64,000 nucleotides of DNA from Macrostomum lignano (Eukaryota), in assembly GCA_002269645.1 (NCBI GenBank), contig NIVC01000270.1, forward strand, positions 1-64,000. Reading direction: 5' to 3'. The notes beneath the pieces were generated by a model. It searched no databases. It was not told the origin of the DNA and was given only the letters and a program-made list of their open reading frames with translations. Both the position numbers and the translations under genes were made by a program. The first letter of the stretch is position 1; every line of letters begins with the position of its first letter. Shown piece after piece: positions 55,033 to 64,000 of this stretch.

Positions 55033-57946
55033 GTTCCTCGCAACTCCAGCCGCCAGAGGCAGCCAGCCCACTCGGTGTTGGCGCCCCCCGACCCGCCGTT
55101 CCTACCGGTTGCGCCAGCGTCTCGCTGCGCGCCTTCCTACTGGGCCTGACTGCCTGCCTGGCCGGCTGCCTGCTGCTGCCTGACCGAGTCTGGCCATCGC
55201 CGACTGGCTGCCTCCCCTGCTGGCTGCCGCCGACCCTGACTGGCTGCTGTGCTGGACCGCTGGCTTGCCTGCTGCTGCTGCCGCTGGCTCTGCGCGCTGA
55301 TCTGTGAGTCGGGCACTGGGTCCGGGTTATGGCATTTGAGGCTTTCTTAAATTGTCTCCGTACGAGCGTATTTGTATATTTTTGTATATTCTTAGTCTGC
55401 TGTGTTAATAATCTTCAATCTCTTCCTTAATAATCTCACTCTATCCTTTGCATACACCACAACTATCCTTATGATAGTCCCATCCTATCCTATAATAATC
55501 TCACTCTTTCCTATAGTAATGCCACTTAATCATTTAATAATCTCACTCTATTCTTTAATAGTCTCACTATCCTATAGTAATCTCACTATATCCTATATTA
55601 ATTTCACTCTATCCTATGATAATCTCACTATCCAATAGTAATCTCACACATTCTCACTATATCCTAATTATCTCACTCCATCCTATAATAATCTCACTCT
55701 ATTCTATAATAATCTCACTCCATCCTATATTAATCTCACTCTATTCTATAATAATCTCACTCCATCCTATAATAATCTCACTCTATTCTATAATAATCTC
55801 ACTCCATCCTATAATAATCTCTCTCTATTCTATAATAATCTCACTCTATCCTATAATAACCTCACTCTATTCTATAATAATCTCACTCCATCCTATAATA
55901 ATCTCACTCTATTCTATAATAATCTCACTCTATTCTATAATAATCTCACTCTATTCTATAATAATCTCACTCCATCCTATAATAATCTCACTCTATCCTG
56001 TCATAATCTCACTATCCTATACGAGTAGTAATCTCACTCTATCCTATAATAATCTCACTCTATACTATGATAATCTCACTACTTCCCTGATTCAAGTCCT
56101 GTAAGAATATCGCTTAGTCAATGCGAACTCCTAACAATCCTCATATTTAAAAGAAAATAATGTTTCCAAACCTGCAGCGGTGACGCGAGCCGGCCTCGGT
56201 CACACAGCAGTGCGCACCTGCGTCAGAGCGCCAGACGCGCCAGCTTCCTCGGCTGCGTATTCGGCACAGGCGTCGGCCTGGCTGCCACAGTCAGCACCGG
56301 CTGCCCAAGCTGGCCTGTGGGCATCTACGCCTGCTACCTGAGCGGCTTTCACTGGTCGGAGTACTTCATCACCGCACTGGCCAATCCGCCAGCAGCCCTG
56401 CAGCTTGGCACCTATTTGATGGACAATAGCCTGGCTTATTGGGTAGCCGCTCTGGTTAGTTGGCTGGAATTCTGCGTCGAGTACGCGATCGCTCCGGATT
56501 TGAAAGTGCGTCGTCAATTGTTCATGTACTTTTGCGTGGCATGTACAGTTTAGGTATACATGAGCCACTTGGGTCACCTTCAAGTCGTTCAAGTATAATT
56601 TTCCATGTTTCTCGGACGTTTATGTCATGACCCCCCCCCTGATTTTCTTTGGAGGTCAGCTGACCTGAGCCCCTTGACTCTCCTGTGAATGTTTGCATGT
56701 ATTCTAATGCAGAATTTCCTGTATACAGTGAGATGTACATTCCATATTTATAATGAGATGGATATTCCGTGTGTATAATGAGATGGACATTCCATATGTA
56801 TAATGAGATGGACATACCATATTTATAATGAGATGGATATTCCATGTGTATAATGAGATGGACATTCCATATGTATAATGAGATGGACATACCATATGTA
56901 TAATGAGATGGATATTCCATGTGTATAATGAGATGGACATTCCATATGTATAATGAGATGGACATACCATATTTATAATGAGATGGATATTCCATGTGTA
57001 TAATGAGATGGACATTCCATATGTATAATGAGATGGACATACCATATGTATAATGAGATAGATATTCCATATGTACATTGAGATGTACATTCTATATGTA
57101 TAATGAGATGTACATTCCATATGTACAGTGAGATGTACATTCCATATTTATAATGAGATGGATATTCCATATGTACAGTGAGATGTACATTCTATATGTA
57201 CAGAGAGATGTACATTCCATATGTAAATTCCATATGGCTCGTATATCCATTCCATATGTACAGTGAGATGTACATTCTATAAGTACATTCCTTATGTACA
57301 GTGAGATCTATATTCCATCCATCCATTTGGGATCTATGTTCCAAAATGTGCTTAAATATTCTTTAGATTAAGATTTAAAAATTCCAAGAACTCATCCAGG
57401 CTAGAAGTGCATCGTGGGAAAAGTCAATTCCTAAAAAGAAGCGCCTGATGCAGTGGATGGCTTTAATGTTTGCAGGCCTGCCCCTGCACGGTCGCCCTCG
57501 GCGCGGCCCTGTGCTCAGCCGGCGAGGCGATACGCAAATTGGCGATGCTGACGGCCGGTGCCAATTTCAATCACACAATCGAATGGCGCAAGCGGCCGGA
57601 GCACGAGCTTGTTAGGCGAGGCGTCTACAGCTTGGCCAGGCATCCGGCCTATCTAGGCTGGTTGCTATGGGCCTGCGGCACCCAGCTGTTGCTATGCAAC
57701 CCCGTCTCTTTAGTTGCCTACGCGGCGGCTAGCTGGGCATTCTTTAATAGGCGAATAAGAGACGAGGAGCGACTGTTGGTGGCCTTCTTCGGTCGGGAGT
57801 ACGTTCGCTACCGGCGTCGGGTCTGGTCGGGCGTGCCGTTCGTTCGGGGCTACGCCGATGCCGACTCCGCCTGCGACGGCGACGCTGACGGGATGACGGA
57901 TGACGAGTCTGTGCGGCCTGTACGATTTGAACTAGCGAACATTTAG
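55033..57946 (+). CDS. ICMT: Protein-S-isoprenylcysteine O-methyltransferase; exons ~55033-55303, 56178-56505, 57476-57946; start codon unresolved
   Basis: SLRAFLLG; RRASFLGCVFG; FHWSEYFITA...SWLEF; GEAIRKLAMLTAGANFNH...GVYSLARHPAYLGW...TQLLLCNP...RIRDEE...FFG.EY; GT-AG junctions in frame (phases 2 and 0). Confidence 0.92.
55420..56085. repeat. 21-bp minisatellite (ataatctcactctattctata)n, ICMT intron
   Basis: Tandem copies. Confidence 0.9.
56720..57310. repeat. 25-bp minisatellite (atgagatggacattccatatgtata)n, ICMT intron
   Basis: Tandem copies. Confidence 0.9.
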
Positions 57947-58019
57947 CCTGGGGGGGGGGTTAATTCTATTTTCATACAACCGGTAAGTCTCCTCTTTATT
58001 ATTTTCCCATTTATTAGAT

Positions 58020-58270
58020 GAAACATCCCAGTTTAAAGGCCCTAATAATACCAATTTTAAGGCCCTAATAATACCAATTTATGGCCTAATAACCCAATTT
58101 TATGGCCTAATAACCCAATTTTATGGCATAATAACCCAAATTTATGGCCTAATAATCTATTTTTTGCCTAATAACCCAAATTTATATGGCCTAATAACCC
58201 AAATTTATGGCCTAATAACCCAAATTAATGGCTTAATAGTTCAAATTTATGGTCTAATAATCCCAATCTA
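58020..58270. repeat. ~21-bp repeat (ttatggcctaataacccaat)
   Basis: About 11 copies. Confidence 0.85.
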
Positions 58271-59189
58271 TGGCCATTATTAGAATCTTAATTTTTAACT
58301 AGTTATTAATACGAAGTATTCTAAATTTATTAGTCTAATCATCCCCATTTTATGGGCTAATATCCCAGTATTTAGTTCGTGAGAATTCCAGTTTAATTTC
58401 TGACAATCTTGGCTTAAATATAAGCTTTCTATTATAAAATAGGCCTAGAGTACCAGTTTTATGTTAATGATTCAATATTGTTGGTTGAAGTGCCTTTTTA
58501 TCCGTTTTATTTACTGCTAATAGGCTTGCCTTTTTAAGATGTCACTTCTAAATATTTATTATTTTTAAACGGCTTTACTACTTTTAAGCAAAAGCACTTC
58601 ATACGGCCTTTTGCCAAAGTATGAAGAGCAATTCTGGATTATGAAAATATTAATCTCATAGTCTTACATGATTTATTATAAAGTATCCTTAATGCAATGC
58701 ATTCAAATGCTTCCATATTTCCATTTCTACTTTATTACTTTATTAACTTTGTTTGCTTTTCTACTTGCAGTGGTAGATTAGACAAATTTTCTTTTCTCGG
58801 ATATTGTCACGTGTCGAATTATTTTGAGTTTGTTAAAAACTTCAATTAAAACTGCAATCACTTCATTTACCTGACTTTTTTCTCTCTTTTTTTGACTAGG
58901 AATTTTCGGTAACTTTGAAGAAAATACTTTGTTTTATCTACCTTGTTTTTTGTACAACTAAAGTTGAGTTCAACGCTACATTCACAAATCATGCAAATTT
59001 CAATCAGAGCTTTCTGGACTTCCCAAATTACAAATTAGACAACTACGGTATGTAGTTCTTCTACAGATCGATCTCTGGTAGGTCCACCTGAGGCAAGCAA
59101 GCAGATTTCAGTTCGTCCGGTTTCCTTTTGCTGTACAACAAGGGTCGGGAAATGTTTTACTTAAAAGGGCCAGAAACTAGGTCAGAGAG

Positions 59190-59900
59190 ATGAGTGGAGC
59201 GTGAGAGATGAAGGTAGGTGAGAGAGAAGATGAGGAGAGGGTGAAAGAGGAGGTGAGAGAGGAGATGAGGAGAGAGGGTGAAAGAGGTGAGAGAGGAGAT
59301 GAGGAGAGAGGGTGAAAGAGGAGGTGAGAGAGATGCAGAGGAGAGAGGTGAAAGAGGAGGTGAGAGAGGAGATGAGGAGAGACGTGAGAGAGGAAATCAG
59401 AGGAGAGAGTTGAGAGAGATGAGAGGTGAAAGAGATGAGGAGAGAGGTGAAAGAGGAGATGAGGGGAGATGTGAGATGAGGAGAGAGGTGAAAGAGGAGA
59501 TGAGGAGAGACGTGAGATGAGGTGAGAGAGATGCAGAGGAGAGAGGTGAAAGAGGAGGTGAGAGAGGAGATGAGGAGATACGTGAGAGAGGAAATCAGAC
59601 GAGAGTTGAGAGAGAAGATGAGAGAGGTGAAAGAGATGAGGAGAGAGGTGAAAGAGGAGATGAGGAGAGGCGTGAGATGAGGTGAGAGAGATGAGGAGAG
59701 ACGTGGGAGAGGAAATCAGAGGAGAGTTGAGAGAGAAGATGACAGGTGAAAGAGGAGATGAGGGGGGAGGTATAAGAGAAGAGTTAAAATATAAATAAGG
59801 GAAGGTATAAAGAGAGAAAAAGAGAGAGGAGATAGGAGGATAGATGAGATGAGAGATGAAAGGAGGGGGAAAGGGGAATGAAAAGATAAGGAGAGGGAGA
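59190..59900. repeat. GA-rich low-complexity repeat
   Basis: gaggagagaggtgaaa-type units. Confidence 0.9.
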
Positions 59901-59959
59901 GAAGAGAGCTGAGAAGAGGCACAAGCCTTGTACAGGCCGGATTGCTATTGTGAAGTTTC

Positions 59960-60170
59960 AAAGGATCCGTGGGCCGGATTGAGTTGTCAGAGCTAGTTGG
60001 TCACTGGAGGAAGGCTATGGGCACCGCTGTGAATCAAGGCGACAGTCGACCCGCAGCCAACGAGTAGGCAAGCAGCCAGTCCCGCGCTCACACAGGGTGT
60101 ACATCGGTCCTGACTTTCTCATAGTCAGGCGTGTACTCGTACACTCTGTGATTTGTGGGGTGACGCTCAT
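59960..60170 (-). mobile_element. SINE-family fragment
   Basis: Minus strand aaagtcaggaccgatgtacaccctgtgtgagcg is nearly identical to the core of the 30.4-kb SINE. Confidence 0.55.
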
Positions 60171-60444
60171 GCGTCAATCATTAAAAATGAATAAATAAAC
60201 AACACGTTATGCTAAGAATTATCGCAAGAATTTCAATCCAGTTACGCCGTCACGCCGGTACTTTGCTCACCAAATCTCAGGAGACTCTGCTGCTGTATTT
60301 TCTATCTGTAGCTACTCAACAGATTATCGGCACAAAGCGTTCGCAAAGCAGGCCAGAGTCCGTTAATAAATTTAGACTACACTGTCTAGCAAGTCACTCT
60401 GTAAAGTCCAACGATGGAGATCGCTGAAGCACAACGATGGCGAT

Positions 60445-61052
60445 TTATTCCCAACTGGTTTCCGGCGCGCTGGCCGCCCAGTCGGTGGCGCCGCCGGTCA
60501 CAGGGGCGCCCCAGGACTCGGCGGCGCCCCAGTCCTCGCCGCCGCCAACAGTCGGCTGGCCAACAGCACCGAAGACTCCGCCGGCTGGGGCGCCGGCGGC
60601 AGCGGCGGCCGGGGCGACAGTTTCGCCCCAGTCCTCCACGGGCTGGGCGAGGCCGGCTGGCACCGCGCCAGGCACCGGGACCGGCTGATCGACCACCTCT
60701 TCCTTCTGCTCCTTCTCCTGCTCCTCCGGGGTGCGGTAGAAGAACAGGTCCGGCATGACGTCCCAGTCGGTGTCGTAGGGGATGGTGCCGCGAATGCGGA
60801 GCACCTGGAAATGGTTTATGATTTATGATGCAAAGGGCTGCATTTTGTACGATATGGAATCTTCACAACGCACTGAGGGGGGAACTGGGACAGACAGGTG
60901 ATGCTAAAAGACAAGCATATAAACAGACACACTAAGATAGACGGGAAGGTAGACTGACAGAGACAAAGACACAAGTAAACAGATAGACAGAGCAGAGCAG
61001 ACCTACATACCCAGACAGACAGACAGACAGACAGGCAGGCAGACAGACAGGC

Positions 61053-61111
<59 letters not shown>

Positions 61112-61540
61112 AAGACAGACAGACAGACAGGCAGACAGACACACAGACAGACAAACAAACAGACAGACAAACAGACAGACAGGCACACAGACAGATAGAC
61201 AGACAGATAGATAGACAGAGAGACAGACAGACAGACAGATAGACAGACAAACAGAGAGACAGACAGATAGACAGACAGATAGATAGACAGACAGACAGAC
61301 AGATAGACAGACAAACAGAGAGACAGACAGACAGACAGATAGACAGACAAACAGAGAGACAGACAGACAGACAGACAGATAGACAGACAGATAGACAGAC
61401 AGGCAGGCAGACAGACAGGCAGACAGACAGACAGACAGACAGACAGACAGGCAGACAGACACACAGACAGACAAACAAACAGATAGACAGACAAACAGAC
61501 AGACAGGCACACAGACAGATAGACAGACAGATAGATAGAC

Positions 61541-61593
<53 letters not shown>

Positions 61594-62156
61594 CAGACAG
61601 ACAGCGCACCCACCTGGCGAGTGAGCAGCCACCAGGCCAGGCCAACGCTATGCACATTATTATTATTGCATGGCACGGCGATGTCAACGTAGCGAATGGA
61701 GGCGTCCGAGTTGCATAGAGCCACCACGGGCAGGTTGACATAGTGAGACTCGGCGATGGCCTGGTGGTCCTGGCGCGGACAGCTGGCTATTAGCAGGCGC
61801 GGCTCGCGGAAGGCGGCCTGGATCTGGTTGGTGAGCGTGCCGGGAGTGAATCGGCCAGCGATAGGCGTGGCGCCCGTGTACCTGGCGAACTTGAGCACGG
61901 CCCGTTGAGCATGCACGGTGCTGGCGATGGCGAACACATCGGCCGGATTCTCAACCGAAGCGATTGCCCGGGCGGCTAAAACAATTTTCTCCCAGATCTT
62001 CTTGCAATTGAAGATGTTAACACCGGCTTTGGTGCGGCCGAATATGTACGGCTCCATCTGGAAGTCGGTGTTCCTGGCGCCGATGTGCATCTGGGCGGCG
62101 ATCATCAGCTTGGCGTCGGAGTCTTTCAGACTCAGGCAGTCAATTCCGGAAGTCAT
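60445..62156 (-). CDS. RPSA: 40S ribosomal protein SA (uS2); exons 61614-62156 and 60445-60804 (~300 aa)
   Basis: AAQMHIG...FQM; [13 protein letters not shown]; [29 protein letters not shown]; [10 protein letters not shown]; [11 protein letters not shown]; GT-AG phase 0 intron. Confidence 0.95.
61010..61605. repeat. (CAGA)n microsatellite in the RPSA intron
   Basis: Long imperfect tetranucleotide run. Confidence 0.97.
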
Positions 62157-62319
62157 CCTTGTACTAGCGTTAACTGGCATCAATATGTGGATAATGGCTT
62201 TTTTATGAAGCACTAGAGACTACTGAGAGTAAGTAAAAAAGATTTTTTTCTTTGGAAAGAACTACAATTCGAATTTAAAGACATTGAAAGATGCGTCAAA
62301 TTCAAGCTAGAGTCTGATT

Positions 62320-63420
62320 AGGGATTTGGGAAGATGTGAGAGTCTGATTTGGAATTTGGGAAGATGTGAGAGTTGGATTAGGGATTAGGGAAGATGTGAG
62401 AGTTGGATTAGGGATTAGGGAAGATGTGAGAGTTGGATTAGGGATTTGGGAAGATGTGAGTCTGATTTGGGATTTGGGAAGATGTGAGAGTCTGATTTGG
62501 GATTTGGGAAGATGTGAGAGTTGGATTTGGGATTTGGGAAGATGTGAGTCTGATTTGGGATTTGGGAAGATGTGAGTCGGATTTGGGATTAGGGAAGATG
62601 TGAGAGCCTGATTTGGGACTTGCAAAGATGTGAGAGTCGGATTTGGGATTTGGGAAGATGTGAGAGTCGGATTTGGGATTTGGGAAGATGTGAGTCTGAT
62701 TTGGGATTTGGGAAGATGTGAGAGTCGGATTTGGGATTAGGGAAGATGTGAGAGCCTGATTTGGGACTTGCAAAGATGTGAGAGTCGGATTTGGGATTTG
62801 GGAAGATGTGAGAGTCGGATTTGGGAAGATGTGAGAGTCGGATTTGGCATTGGGATCGGGAAGATGTGAGAGTCTGATTTGGGATTTGGGAAGATGTAAG
62901 TCTGATTTGGGATTTGGGAAGATGTGAGAGTTGGATTTGGGATTGGGATCGGGAAGATGTGAGAGTTGGACTTGGGATCGGGATCGGGAAGATGTGAGAG
63001 TTGGATTTGGGATTGGAAGGATGTGAGTCGGATGAGGATTTGAGACGAGTTAAATAGTGGAATGGTTAGGAAAATGTGAGAGACTGATTTAGGACTTGGG
63101 AAGATGTGAGAGTCTAATTTGGGATTTGGGAAGATGTGGGAGTCGGATTTGGGATTTGGGAAGATGTAAGTCTGATTTGGGATTTGGGAAGATTTGAGAA
63201 TCTTATTTGGGATTTGGGAAGATGTGAGTCGGATTTGGGATTTGGAAAGATGTGAGAGTTGGATTTGGGAAGATGTGAGGGTTGGATTTGGGAAGATGTG
63301 AGAGTTGGATTTGGGATTGGGAAGATGTGAGTCGGATCAGGATTTGAGACGTGTTAAATAGGGGAATGGTTAGGAAAATGTGAGAGACTGATTTAGGATT
63401 TTAAAGGGATCAAAGGAAAG
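62320..63420. repeat. ~27-30-bp repeat (gatttgggatttgggaagatgtgagagtc) with TTTGGG/TTAGGG cores
   Basis: About 37 variable copies upstream of RPSA. Confidence 0.92.
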
Positions 63421-64000
63421 GTTAGGGTTAGGCCATGGGCTTAAAGGGAGTCTTAGATGCCAAAGCTCACAGGGCTGATGCTTTTTTGCTTTGAACAGCA
63501 TTTCCCCAAGAAACTCAAAAGATCAAAAACTGATTGCAGTTTATTCAAACATTTTCATTTTTTATGAAAATGACTAAAACGACTAAAAAGCAGAGCTATA
63601 TATATATATGATTGATATATGAAACTGCAAGCATGTACATACCTTTTTATATAAAATATGTAGGCAATCAAAGAAAGCAATTATAAAATGAAAATCGATA
63701 ATTTATACACAATAGATCTGCTTCTTCAATTACAGTACGTGACCAGCAATGAGTATTACTAATTTTTAATTTTATATTACTGTTCAAGTATCGCTAGAAA
63801 GAATTACCAAGAAACTAATAATTTAGAATTCTACTAAAATAAAGTCAAAGCACCTATTAGAATCGATTTGAGTGAAAATCATAAACACAAACATAATTCA
63901 GCACAATTTGGTATTCCTATATTAATATTATCACCGAATTACGCTCGTACAACAAAACAGGCTTTAAAAAAAGATTATCGATACAATTATGTAGAAAAAC

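Noticed and set aside
60816-61613. C-terminal (CLSV)n extension of the 465-aa RPSA ORF
   Set aside because: Read-through into a (CAGA)n intron; donor at 61613 and acceptor at 60805 restore normal RPSA.

Overview
Eukaryotic (metazoan) genomic DNA with GC-rich exons, minisatellite-filled introns and TTAGGG-type repeats. The style suggests a free-living flatworm such as Macrostomum, but that is inference only. Host genes: a multi-exon coiled-coil gene (minus), a single-pass membrane protein (minus), EXOSC1/Csl4 (minus), a beta-carbonic anhydrase (plus), ICMT (plus) and RPSA (minus). Mobile DNA: three Ty3/Gypsy LTR retrotransposons, each inside a tandem-repeat array; two head-to-tail non-autonomous Helitron-like elements carrying satellites; and a tRNA-derived SINE family. 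The main find is a young 13.4-kb Gypsy element (683-14049). Its single uninterrupted 2852-aa ORF runs Gag - internal signal peptide - putative class III (gB-type) envelope glycoprotein with a mucin-like insert, furin site and TM anchor - tail with PSAP and LYPxL motifs - protease - RT - RNase H - integrase. The env-like module therefore lies in frame between gag and pol, not downstream of pol. The gB-type assignment is motif recognition by eye and needs a profile or structure search.
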